Virus record (IMG/VR): IMGVR_UViG_3300021185_003522
Span: 1 to 64,000 of that record
Direction: 5' to 3' (one strand)
Source of the DNA: a virus
DNA: 64,000 bases
The notes beneath the pieces are model-generated. The model worked only from the letters and a program-made list of their open reading frames with translations. It ran no database searches and was not told where the DNA came from. A program made the translations under genes and the position numbers. This document shows, piece after piece, positions 9,588 through 18,408 of this stretch. Each line of letters begins with the position of its first letter. Positions within the stretch are counted from its first letter, which is position 1.

Positions 9588-10181
9588 TTGAAAGCAATAG
9601 TTGTAGGTTGCTCGCATGCAGCCGGTGCCAAAATGCATCTTGGTCCTGAATGTACACTCGCAGACCCTGATGCACAAACCAACTGGGAATTACAAAATAG
9701 TTTTCCTATGCAATTTGCCCGTAGAAAAGGCTATACGCCATACAATTATAGCATAAGTGGTGGCAGCAATGATGCTATGTTTCGTATCTGTGCTGAAAAA
9801 ATTCCGGATACAGATGTTGTTATTGCATGTTGGACTGGCAGTGATAGATATGAAGTTGCAGGACACGTTGTACAAGATGGAGAATACTATAAACAAAGAG
9901 TTGCACACGAAACAGTTGAAGATGGTAGATTAAATAAGATTAAAAACATACTCGCAGTCAATTCACTTGCTACCTATTACAATTGTTTAATATTTAACTT
10001 TGATAGTTTTCAAGGTATATATGATTTTGATTGGCCGGCTAATGTGAATCGTCCTATGCTTACACCAGAACAAGAGTTTTGTACATGGAGTTTTGCACAA
10101 GGATTCAAAACCGAATCAACAGGACATTTCTTTTTAGATGCACACGACGCATATGCCAAATATCTGGTTGACTTATTCTAA
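9588..10181 (+). CDS. SGNH/GDSL-like hydrolase or acyltransferase
   Basis: GCSHAAG (block I), NYSISGGSN (block II) and GHF...AH (block V-like). Confidence 0.6.
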   Translation: MKAIVVGCSHAAGAKMHLGPECTLADPDAQTNWELQNSFPMQFARRKGYTPYNYSISGGSNDAMFRICAEKIPDTDVVIACWTGSDRYEVAGHVVQDGEYYKQRVAHETVEDGRLNKIKNILAVNSLATYYNCLIFNFDSFQGIYDFDWPANVNRPMLTPEQEFCTWSFAQGFKTESTGHFFLDAHDAYAKYLVDLF

Positions 10182-10195
10182 ATAGGTGTTATACT
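10168..10195 (+). promoter_or_regulatory. sigma70-type promoter for the small ORF and tRNA pair
   Basis: TTGACT(10168)-16-TATACT(10190), with an extended -10 TG. Confidence 0.65.
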
Positions 10196-10234
10196 GTATA
10201 CATGTTTTTAAAGAAGCAGTGAGAGGAAAATAAA

Positions 10235-10318
10235 ATGGCACCAAATCCACATTATGTAAATATGTTAATAAACATTGGAATTTTTGCATTATTAGTTTAC
10301 GTAGCAATAAACATATAA
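10235..10318 (+). CDS. small membrane peptide (27 aa)
   Basis: GAGGA RBS; MAPNPHYVNMLINIGIFALLVYVAINI. Confidence 0.5.
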   Translation: MAPNPHYVNMLINIGIFALLVYVAINI

Positions 10319-10325
10319 TTATTAA

Positions 10326-10402
10326 GGACTGTTAGCTCAGCTGGATAGAGCATCTGACTACGAATCAGAAGGTCGGGAGTTCGAATCTCTCACAGTTCAC
10401 CA
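10326..10402 (+). tRNA. tRNA-Arg(ACG)
   Basis: Cloverleaf: D-arm GCTCAGCTGGATAGAGC, anticodon arm TCTGA-CTACGAA-TCAGA, GTTCGAATC T-loop, encoded CCA. Confidence 0.96.
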
Positions 10403-10407
10403 AACAC

Positions 10408-10483
<76 letters not shown>

Positions 10484-10502
10484 CTATACAATAAGTATCG
10501 AT

Positions 10503-10937
10503 ATGGAAACAATAGCAATACAGTTTGATCTAACCTCAGACGACGTACACAGTGGTTTATGTTTAGAAATATCTTTTAACAATCAGCTGTTGCAAAAGAT
10601 AGATGCAACAGAGACAACACAAAAAATACAGTTTGGTATTGATTGTGAACCTGGAGATCAACTGTTAGGTTTCACTCTGAAAAACAAAACTCCGCAACAT
10701 ACTGTAATAGATGACCAAGGAGAGATAGTTAAAGATAGTTCTATTGGTATTGAAAACTTTGTGGTCAACCATGTAGCATTAGAACACACATTTTATGAAC
10801 AATGCAGATATAATCATGACTTCAATGGATCACAGGAATCAATAGATGATGACTTCTTTGGAACTATCGGCTGTAATGGTACTGTTTCACTGAAGTTTAC
10901 CAGTCCTGTTTATCGCTGGTTAGTTGACACTATGTAA
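10503..10937 (+). CDS. hypothetical protein
   Basis: 144 aa ORF; TAAGTA-N5-ATG start. Confidence 0.75.
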   Translation: METIAIQFDLTSDDVHSGLCLEISFNNQLLQKIDATETTQKIQFGIDCEPGDQLLGFTLKNKTPQHTVIDDQGEIVKDSSIGIENFVVNHVALEHTFYEQCRYNHDFNGSQESIDDDFFGTIGCNGTVSLKFTSPVYRWLVDTM

Positions 10938-10939
10938 TA

Positions 10940-11269
10940 CTAATCATTCCAATTGTATTCAAAATACATGTTTACAATTTCTGTAAAAAAATACACTGTT
11001 ATCAGCACAAATGGCAATACAATTAAAAACAATACAAGCAATAATCTACGCACTGGTTTTGAACGCTTCTCCCACCAATGTATAGCAATCTTTATGCCTG
11101 ATTTAATTTTGTTTACTATGTAGTCGCCAATTACATAACGTATGAGTCTTACAATAATCAGCACTGGTGACGCAATAACATCAATCAACAATAGCACAAG
11201 GTCAACTGCTACATCAACACTATGATCCACTGTCCACCGTTCACGCCATTGTTTAAACTTTTTTAACAT
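10940..11269 (-). CDS. hypothetical membrane protein
   Basis: Two hydrophobic segments; TAAATA-N5-ATG gives a start at 11269. Confidence 0.7.
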   Translation of the reverse strand: MLKKFKQWRERWTVDHSVDVAVDLVLLLIDVIASPVLIIVRLIRYVIGDYIVNKIKSGIKIAIHWWEKRSKPVRRLLLVLFLIVLPFVLITVYFFTEIVNMYFEYNWND

Positions 11270-11284
11270 AAGCATATTTATAGG

Positions 11285-11329
11285 TTGACAAAACAAAGAT
11301 TTCGCCATATACTGTATATAGAGTTAGAG
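11285..11329 (+). promoter_or_regulatory. sigma70-type promoter with AGTTAGA box
   Basis: TTGACA(11285)-17-TATACT(11308); GAGTTAGAG at 11321-11329. Confidence 0.7.
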
Positions 11330-11338
11330 GATAATTAA

Positions 11339-11836
11339 GTGTATAGAGTTACTGGCTATTGGCGTGATACAAAAATTGTACAATATTTTTACAATAGATT
11401 TGATGCAATTGATTTCAAAGACATAGTTGATGCTAATTATCCTTTAAATGTAACATTTGAAAAAGGAGTATATCCAGTGAGAGAATGGATAGTAAGCAGT
11501 TGGAATATAATTATGGATGACCGAAGAAATCCACTAAGTGCTATTCCAGATACCAACGTTAGACATATGGTTATGCAGGTACTTGCATGGATGTGGTGTA
11601 TTATTTTTAGCATGAGCTTGGGCAGTATTACAGTATTTGCATATACCGCAGTAGCACACACATTATTAATTGCAGGAATTGTTGCAACAGTTGTAATATT
11701 CGAAACTGCTAAACGCAAGCCAGGTTTCTTTTTAGATACCTTATACCACACACCAAGCAGAAGCAGAGGCTACATGTGGGTAAATGGCAAAAAAATTAAA
11801 CTAGATAAAAATGATCCAGGAGGGGAACATGAATAA
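11339..11836 (+). CDS. hypothetical membrane protein
   Basis: 165 aa with two TM-like segments (QVLAWMWCIIF..., LLIAGIVATVVIF). Confidence 0.7.
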   Translation: MYRVTGYWRDTKIVQYFYNRFDAIDFKDIVDANYPLNVTFEKGVYPVREWIVSSWNIIMDDRRNPLSAIPDTNVRHMVMQVLAWMWCIIFSMSLGSITVFAYTAVAHTLLIAGIVATVVIFETAKRKPGFFLDTLYHTPSRSRGYMWVNGKKIKLDKNDPGGEHE

Positions 11837-12275
11837 GATAGTAATTGGTACCATTGTAGCGGCAATTTTAGTTGCTGTTTTCTTTCAACAGGCACGTGCT
11901 GATAGTGTAAATGCACATATACAAGACCATTACAAAAGTGTTGTGCAACAAAAGCCACACAACCAACAGGTGTGTAGTGAAGTATATGTTCCTAATAGAA
12001 ATACTGTTGGTCCTGACAATATGTTATCAGGTGCAATTATTGGTGGTATAATCGGAAACAATGTTACTAAAAACTTACCAGATGGCGGTACCGCCGGTGC
12101 TATCATTGGAGGACTACTAGGCTTGCAAAATGAACAGAACGCAGGTGGCAACTATCAAACTAGATGCACTACACGTACTTCATATACTGAAACACAAAGC
12201 ACAGTGTATTCGCATAGTACTATTACATTCACAGATAACAACGGTGTAAGACGTAAGTTAAGATTTGTAAAATAA
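11829..12275 (+). CDS. glycine-zipper (2TM) exported protein
   Basis: Signal peptide plus GAIIGGIIGN...TAGAIIGGLLG. Confidence 0.75.
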   Translation: MNKIVIGTIVAAILVAVFFQQARADSVNAHIQDHYKSVVQQKPHNQQVCSEVYVPNRNTVGPDNMLSGAIIGGIIGNNVTKNLPDGGTAGAIIGGLLGLQNEQNAGGNYQTRCTTRTSYTETQSTVYSHSTITFTDNNGVRRKLRFVK

Positions 12276-12289
12276 TATGCAAATAAAGG

Positions 12290-12337
12290 TTGACAGACAC
12301 AATATGTTGTGTTACTATTAAGTATAAAGTTAGAAAA
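12290..12337 (+). promoter_or_regulatory. sigma70-type promoter with AGTTAGAAAA box
   Basis: TTGACA(12290)-17-TACTAT(12313); AAGTTAGAAAA at 12327-12337. Confidence 0.7.
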
Positions 12338-12352
12338 TGAAAGGACTTTAAT

Positions 12353-12568
12353 ATGGAAAAAGTAAAATATATTGTCAAAGGCTTAGGTGCAGTTCTTGCA
12401 GGTGTAGGCTTAATGTTAGCACTAGGATATGGTTTAGTTGCAATTGGTAAACTATTAGGCTTAGAAGCAGAACATGTTACAGGTGGTGTTGTTGTTCTTA
12501 TAGCACTTGGTATGATGGTGTTTTGGTTATCAGAAGATTATGAGCTTAAAAAACTTAAAGACAAGTAA
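12353..12568 (+). CDS. small two-TM membrane protein
   Basis: 71 aa, two hydrophobic helices, AAGGA RBS. Confidence 0.7.
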   Translation: MEKVKYIVKGLGAVLAGVGLMLALGYGLVAIGKLLGLEAEHVTGGVVVLIALGMMVFWLSEDYELKKLKDK

Positions 12569-12574
12569 ACTGAA

Positions 12575-12776
12575 TTACAATGCAGAGTGTGTGAATGGTA
12601 ATTAGTGAAATATTTGCAACGGTGTTGCAAGGATTATTACAGCCTAACTGCAAAGAGCACGGGGGCCATAGCCTCTATTAGATATGCATGGTGGGCCTGG
12701 TCGGCGGTGAAACTCAGCACTGCCCGTTTAGATCGTGAGAGGGTCCTTAAACGCGATGCAGTACTCTGTATTGTAA
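12575..12776 (+). ncRNA. putative structured ncRNA of unknown family (~200 nt)
   Basis: 15-bp closing helix (12575-12589 with 12762-12776, two G-U pairs) enclosing several hairpins; GC-richer than its flanks. Confidence 0.55.
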
Positions 12777-12790
12777 CACAAGGAGATAAA

Positions 12791-12997
12791 ATGTACTTAG
12801 AAAACAGAGATACAAAGTATAAAAAAGTCGGCAACAAACACTATGTCGAGTTTTACGAGGACAACACGATGATAGGTGTGATTGATTATAGCAAGCACAG
12901 TATGCATTATGTTGAAGATGCTGTGAACAACTTTCGCAGTGGATTAATGAAAACAGAAACAATAAAAGGATATGATATCAATGGCAAGAATCAGTAA
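12791..12997 (+). CDS. hypothetical protein
   Basis: AGGAG RBS before ATG 12791; the upstream part of track ORF 12605 overlaps the structured RNA. Confidence 0.7.
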   Translation: MYLENRDTKYKKVGNKHYVEFYEDNTMIGVIDYSKHSMHYVEDAVNNFRSGLMKTETIKGYDINGKNQ

Positions 12998-13247
12998 TAC
13001 CAAAGGAATAAAAGCAACCGGCGGAAGCCAGTTTGAACTAATAATGGCTGCTTCTGGACGTGCTAGAAGTTATAGTGCTGATAATCAGCCTCTAACGCCT
13101 CATTTTAATAAAAGAGGAATGACTGCTCTTAGAGAAATCGAACAAGGCTTAGTTGCATATGATGATATCAAAGAAATGATGATAAACAAAAATCAGACTG
13201 TTAGACCTAAAGAAGAAACAGAAGCAGATTCTATTTTAGATATATAA
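12981..13247 (+). CDS. rpoZ: RNA polymerase omega subunit
   Basis: MARIS...SQFELIMAASGRAR...TALREIEQG matches omega MARVT...NRFELVLxAAxRAR...VALREI. Confidence 0.8.
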   Translation: MARISNTKGIKATGGSQFELIMAASGRARSYSADNQPLTPHFNKRGMTALREIEQGLVAYDDIKEMMINKNQTVRPKEETEADSILDI

Positions 13248-13263
13248 GGTAAAGGAGGCTTAG

Positions 13264-13830
13264 ATGAAAGCATTATTAATACTGTTAGCTCTACTTTGGA
13301 GCACCTCCGCTTTTGCAAATAAAGGAATAACAATATGCCACGGCCCGTTTGCATTATGTGCCGCTAGTGCTTGTGAACCAACCGGCGGAAGAATAACAAA
13401 CCAAAACGGTGATTCATTTCCAGAAGTAAAATGCACATGTCCGATAGTCTATGGCGATAATGTAGCAGATCTTAATGCAGGTAATATGACTTCATGTGAG
13501 CCAACAGATGACAAGCATGTGTGGAGCACATTTTGGCCACGAACCAACTATCCTCGGCAACAAAATGACTTCTCACACTCAGACGAACTTATGAAAGGCA
13601 ATGTTGTTGAATGTCCTGCTAATCTCAAACAAGGACATGCCGCATCAAATTGTTTTTCATGGAACTGTGAGATAGACAGGAATGGATTGGCCATCTGTTC
13701 TTGCCCAATGGGTCAAGAGCCGCCTGAAACAGACTTTCTGATACAAAGTACAGACACCAGCACAGATCGTTGCTTTCAGCATCCTGTGAGTCTGCCCTTG
13801 GTTGCAGAATTTTTTTGGACTAAAAAATAA
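13264..13830 (+). CDS. secreted cysteine-rich protein
   Basis: AGGAGG RBS, signal peptide ending AFA, 12 Cys. Confidence 0.75.
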   Translation: MKALLILLALLWSTSAFANKGITICHGPFALCAASACEPTGGRITNQNGDSFPEVKCTCPIVYGDNVADLNAGNMTSCEPTDDKHVWSTFWPRTNYPRQQNDFSHSDELMKGNVVECPANLKQGHAASNCFSWNCEIDRNGLAICSCPMGQEPPETDFLIQSTDTSTDRCFQHPVSLPLVAEFFWTKK

Positions 13831-13949
13831 TTAATAAATATCTTTATGAGTAGAGAAGAATTTAGAGAACTTATGGGGCAAATGTTATTTGCCTTTCTCT
13901 TTGTCATGTTACAACTTTTGGGCGTTTTGATTATTTTTAAGGATCAACT

Positions 13950-14135
13950 ATGAAGTGGGAAGACTTTGAAGAAGGTATAATAGCACTTGACCCTGCTGAA
14001 CGTCCTTGGGAATATGACGGAGACGGCTTACAAATATATAAACTAGAGTGTGGCTTTACTGGCAAAACACTGTGGGACGGTGGTTATGCATTATGGTTAA
14101 AGCAATATGGAAGTGAATGGGATGACAAACGGTAG
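13950..14135 (+). CDS. hypothetical protein
   Basis: 61 aa ORF with AAGGA RBS. Confidence 0.55.
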   Translation: MKWEDFEEGIIALDPAERPWEYDGDGLQIYKLECGFTGKTLWDGGYALWLKQYGSEWDDKR

Positions 14136-14331
14136 TAAATTTGCAAACGAACTAATGTTTGGAGTAAAAGGACAACTTATACCAGACGAATATACTGCGT
14201 CAGATATCCGTCATATGGAAAACCAATATATCAAAAGACTTTGGGGCAATCACGAACGTCTTCCGCGTTGCGAAGAACGTTTTGAACAAGTATGGAGACA
14301 AGCAAATGGGCAAGAAGAAATCAAGAACTAG
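14122..14331 (+). CDS. hypothetical protein
   Basis: ORF overlapping both neighbours in operon fashion. Confidence 0.55.
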   Translation: MTNGSKFANELMFGVKGQLIPDEYTASDIRHMENQYIKRLWGNHERLPRCEERFEQVWRQANGQEEIKN

Positions 14332-14563
14332 TCAAACATCAACTGGTACAGTTGGAAGATCAAATCAGTATGCTAGTAAACTAAAACGTAGAGAATATCG
14401 TGGCACTGCTGAACACTCAAGCAATCAATTGGCTGCATTCTACAGAGGTAGAAACGTAGTACTAACAGTTGAAAATCCTAACAAGAACGAAACCAACAAA
14501 CGTTTTATACGTGTAAATGCACGTGATGTTTGGTCAGGTGGCGGCAAAGAAAAGAAACGATAG
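14306..14563 (+). CDS. basic hypothetical phage protein
   Basis: GGAG RBS; MGKKKSR...NVVLTVENPNKNETNKRFIRV. Confidence 0.65.
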   Translation: MGKKKSRTSQTSTGTVGRSNQYASKLKRREYRGTAEHSSNQLAAFYRGRNVVLTVENPNKNETNKRFIRVNARDVWSGGGKEKKR

Positions 14564-15132
14564 TGCTTGGTGCATTTCAAGATTATGGAAATGGATTATA
14601 CTATCTCGACCAAGTATTTAAAGACGGCATCAACTTAGCAAATATCAAGAGAACTTACCGGGAGACACCTACACAGTGGCAAATGCTAACGCCGAATAGG
14701 CTGATGGCAATACCAAACAACAATGACTATGATCATTATAACATAGGCAAACAGTTGGTAGAACCAATTTGTGATGTTACTGGCTTTGACAACCTCTCAT
14801 TATCAAATATAGATGTATTCATTGATTTACCCGGACATACACTAAGTTGGCACTTTGATCACGATCATTATAGAGTATTATTGCAGGTATACACTGGTGA
14901 TGTTGCAATACCAGATGGTGGGACGTGTTGGTATATTGGCGAAGAAAACAAAAAATTATTTGAAACTTACGGTACTGACAAACAGGTGAATAAATCTGGT
15001 CTTAGTGTTACAGAAACACAATACAAGCCAGGAGCTGGTTACATAAATGATAATACTCAAAGAAAAGCACATGGCACAAATTGTGTGCGTCCAGGCACGT
15101 TACGTGAAAGTGTGCTATTTACGTTTAATTAA
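14563..15132 (+). CDS. 2OG-Fe(II) oxygenase-like protein
   Basis: HxD (WHFD), distal His (KAHG) and RxS (RESV); start codon uncertain. Confidence 0.65.
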   Translation: MLGAFQDYGNGLYYLDQVFKDGINLANIKRTYRETPTQWQMLTPNRLMAIPNNNDYDHYNIGKQLVEPICDVTGFDNLSLSNIDVFIDLPGHTLSWHFDHDHYRVLLQVYTGDVAIPDGGTCWYIGEENKKLFETYGTDKQVNKSGLSVTETQYKPGAGYINDNTQRKAHGTNCVRPGTLRESVLFTFN

Positions 15133-16255
15133 TAAATCCATTTGGTATTAGTTCTTGTTGTGTGAATACTTCCAAGCTGTCTATATCAATAAACCATGCA
15201 AATTTTCCTGGAATATTTTTGTTAGCATAATCTGGTAACAATTCGTTACACTTTTTCATTGCAGTAAAATAATTTAACAGCAGATCCATTCTTCCTGCTG
15301 ATAGAGCATCGTGCATTCTTTGCAATCCTTTAGTGGTAGGCAAATTATGCTTACCGCTAGAGCTTGTCTTCTTTAACAATTGTTTGTCATAATTAGGTAC
15401 CTTGCTTCTACCTAATACGTTATTAAGTTGTATATCTTGACTTGGTTTAAAAAACTGTAAATTAGTTTGGTCGACTCTATTGGATTCCAGCAAATGTTTT
15501 CTGTACAGTATAGAATCTTTTACATAACTTTTAATATTCTCAGCATCTAACCAAAATGCTTTCACATTTGAATATCTCCAATCTCCCTGGGAGCCAGTGT
15601 CCTGATGAACTGTGTACCAACTGTTTTTATACCTTATCAACTGTGGTTTATCGACACCTTTGATGTAACATGCATTATCTTTTATTTTGTAGTTAGGATG
15701 TTGGGATAAACTAGCAGGAGTAAAAGGTAAAGTATGCAAACCTGGACGTCGAAAAAAGGACATTTCATCTGCAAACATCTCATTTTGTTCATCCCAGGTG
15801 ACAGTAGCAATCTCATATGATCCATACTTGCCTTTGTATTTTTCAATTATTGGTAAAGCACAGTGTTTGAATTCTCTATTGTTTTCTAGTTCAATATCAT
15901 CACATGCGAAATAAATCAGCTTATCCAAAACAATATTATTTCTTACGGCAGTATCCAAGATAGTTAGACTGTCTGCACCGCCGCTAAAACAAAGGTTCAC
16001 CTCATTATAGTTTGCTTTCAAATATTCAAGGTAATTTTTGTTGTAATCTTGATTCATATCAATTGAAATATCACTGAGTTGGTTACGTATTTCTTCTAGT
16101 TGTGTATCTACAAAAGTAACAAAATTATTTGTGCTGATTTCATACCATAAGGCTAATAGTTTGTTATCAAACTTATAGCCATTTGCGGTCCAATAGCAAG
16201 TATGCTTTTCTTCTTCTACACGTTTTGTTGAATCTAATATTATGTTTATGTCCAT
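15125..16255 (-). CDS. PP-loop (adenine nucleotide alpha hydrolase) protein
   Basis: LCFSGGADS PP-loop motif. Confidence 0.65.
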   Translation of the reverse strand: MDINIILDSTKRVEEEKHTCYWTANGYKFDNKLLALWYEISTNNFVTFVDTQLEEIRNQLSDISIDMNQDYNKNYLEYLKANYNEVNLCFSGGADSLTILDTAVRNNIVLDKLIYFACDDIELENNREFKHCALPIIEKYKGKYGSYEIATVTWDEQNEMFADEMSFFRRPGLHTLPFTPASLSQHPNYKIKDNACYIKGVDKPQLIRYKNSWYTVHQDTGSQGDWRYSNVKAFWLDAENIKSYVKDSILYRKHLLESNRVDQTNLQFFKPSQDIQLNNVLGRSKVPNYDKQLLKKTSSSGKHNLPTTKGLQRMHDALSAGRMDLLLNYFTAMKKCNELLPDYANKNIPGKFAWFIDIDSLEVFTQQELIPNGFIN

Positions 16256-17508
16256 TAACTTGCAAACCTAGTTTTGTTAAGTGTTATAGGGTAGTCATGC
16301 TCTTGCATGTATGAAACCTGCCAATGTTTATACCCTGAATTTTTTAATTTGGCAGTTGTGTTTAAAAAACATTGAAATAGTCTTTGATCTGTAAGAGGGT
16401 ACCTGCCTTCAATTCCGTGATGCCCGCATATCATATCGCTTCTGTGTATTTGCCTATGTAGTTTACTGTCTGCATAATCATGCCATGGGTATATAGTCCG
16501 TAGATCAGCAGGCCATCCACCTATTATTTTTCCTATTCTGCCAAAAGCAGTTTTGTCCGGCTGATAGTCATCATATAACTCATCTCCTCCTATACCGCTT
16601 ATGCAAATTTTTTGACTACGAGGCAAAAAATGATTTTGAAGTATACTAGTAAGTGCTTGAGCATTCTGTCCTTTGGTGTATTCAAAATTATAAAGTTTAA
16701 ACATAGCCAATGTGACAGGAATGACTGCACTGTCATCTGCCCGATCAATCAATGGTTTCAATTGTAAACTCATTCTCTCTGACAGTACATCAGGATCTTC
16801 TCTACCAATTTTGCTAACAGTATACATATCTGCGTTGAAGAATTTTCTTGCACTGCATACAATAACACCTGCATCTATACCAGAACTAAGCATATACGTA
16901 GAACGTCCTGGTTCATGTCTATCTTTGATGGCTTGTTCAAAGGCGTCAAATACTTTATCATAGTTGTCTACCGTTTGACTTAGATTCCATTCAGTGGTTG
17001 TTTGTATATCTAATTCAAAGGTGTGTTTATCTATAGTATAAATTCTATTTTCTTGTGCTCTAACTGCACTAGGCGCATGGCTCAGTACAAAGTCGACTGT
17101 GCTACCTGCTATAAAACTTCTAGTTTCTCTATCATAATAAAAGAAAAGATTTTTTGAACTCCATTGATCTACTGCAAAGACAATGTGGGTATCAGTTACG
17201 TATGTAAGGCTGTATTCTCCAATGAGACTTTTAATTAGATCTACAGTAGTATCTAAATGACGGTCAAGATTGTTTACAATCCAATCAGTATCGTTACCGT
17301 TGCTATTGTACGTGCTACCGTTGTATACCAAGGTGCCGTGTTTATTCTGTATTGGTTGCGGTGGGCTAGTGCCTTGAGTGCTGAGAAGAGCATGTCCGAA
17401 ATGCTCATTCTCAACATCAAGTCGATTAAATTGCTCAGGGCCTCTGAGCAGGATACTATTGGTTACCGTTTTGATCGGTATGTTATAAGAATAATAGTAT
17501 CCACACAT
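16255..17508 (-). CDS. asparagine synthetase-like amidotransferase (AsnB family)
   Basis: N-terminal MCG, RGPE, QP, YNG, LSSGIDA, SGIGGDELY and EGRYP. Confidence 0.85.
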   Translation of the reverse strand: MCGYYYSYNIPIKTVTNSILLRGPEQFNRLDVENEHFGHALLSTQGTSPPQPIQNKHGTLVYNGSTYNSNGNDTDWIVNNLDRHLDTTVDLIKSLIGEYSLTYVTDTHIVFAVDQWSSKNLFFYYDRETRSFIAGSTVDFVLSHAPSAVRAQENRIYTIDKHTFELDIQTTTEWNLSQTVDNYDKVFDAFEQAIKDRHEPGRSTYMLSSGIDAGVIVCSARKFFNADMYTVSKIGREDPDVLSERMSLQLKPLIDRADDSAVIPVTLAMFKLYNFEYTKGQNAQALTSILQNHFLPRSQKICISGIGGDELYDDYQPDKTAFGRIGKIIGGWPADLRTIYPWHDYADSKLHRQIHRSDMICGHHGIEGRYPLTDQRLFQCFLNTTAKLKNSGYKHWQVSYMQEHDYPITLNKTRFAS

Positions 17509-17510
17509 TT

Positions 17511-18398
17511 TTATTTAGAAGCTAATTTGTTTCCGGTTAATGTGCTAACAATATCCCAAAATGCTTTCTTTTGGTCTTTGATTTCAGTTCCTGGAATCAT
17601 GAAAGCCTTTTTAAGATAATTTGCTACAGTTTCGCTTTCTATAACTCTGTTAAGATCAGCTTTAACTGTTGCACGTTGATCTGCAGGAATGTTTACTGCA
17701 TGCCAATACTTTAATGTACCAGTTTTGTTTAGGTGCCATGTTGGGAATACAACACTTAATGGTTGCTTTCCGCCAACTTCTACTGGCGAACTTACTGCTA
17801 AACATTTAATATGCTTGTTACTGATCTCACGTTTTGTAAATCCAGTGTACATCATGTCAACATCGCCAGCAACTAAACCTTTAAGTGTTTTTTTACTGCC
17901 TTTAAAGTCAACTCTTACAAATTTGATTCCTGTGTCTTTTGATAAGTCATCATAGATACCATCAATTAATGTAGCAGTGTTACCAACAGTAACTTTCTTT
18001 TTACCTTTTAAAAATTCTGGAATACTGTTTGCAGCTTCATCAGCTCTGATACACATTGTTTGGTTTCTATTGTAGAACACACTTATGAAACTATCATCAT
18101 TGACTTCAACATGGCAACCTCTTGATTCATCTTTAACATATCTACCTGTGTCACGTAAAAATACTCCAGGTCTGCCTGTGTCTTTGGCCATGTATACTTT
18201 GTTGTTTACACAGTTTCTTGTTACTACTACTTCACTGTCATAACCTAATCCTTTAAGAGCGTCGCTTATAAGGTTACTTTCTGCGAAAGCATTTCCACTA
18301 GTACCACTTGGTACTATTACATCTAATACTGGCTTAGCATATGCACTAGATGTTATTGCAAAGAATATTGCAATTATCGTCAACTTAATTTTTGTCAT
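17511..18398 (-). CDS. TctC/Bug-like periplasmic substrate-binding protein
   Basis: Signal peptide, VIVPSGTSG, VDFKGSKKTLKGLVAGDVDM; adjacent to TctA. Confidence 0.7.
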   Translation of the reverse strand: MTKIKLTIIAIFFAITSSAYAKPVLDVIVPSGTSGNAFAESNLISDALKGLGYDSEVVVTRNCVNNKVYMAKDTGRPGVFLRDTGRYVKDESRGCHVEVNDDSFISVFYNRNQTMCIRADEAANSIPEFLKGKKKVTVGNTATLIDGIYDDLSKDTGIKFVRVDFKGSKKTLKGLVAGDVDMMYTGFTKREISNKHIKCLAVSSPVEVGGKQPLSVVFPTWHLNKTGTLKYWHAVNIPADQRATVKADLNRVIESETVANYLKKAFMIPGTEIKDQKKAFWDIVSTLTGNKLASK

Positions 18399-18408
18399 TT
18401 TTAATCCT

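Noticed and set aside
12605-12790. N-terminal extension of track ORF 12605-12997
   Set aside because: A strong AGGAG RBS supports ATG 12791; the upstream part is better explained as structured RNA.
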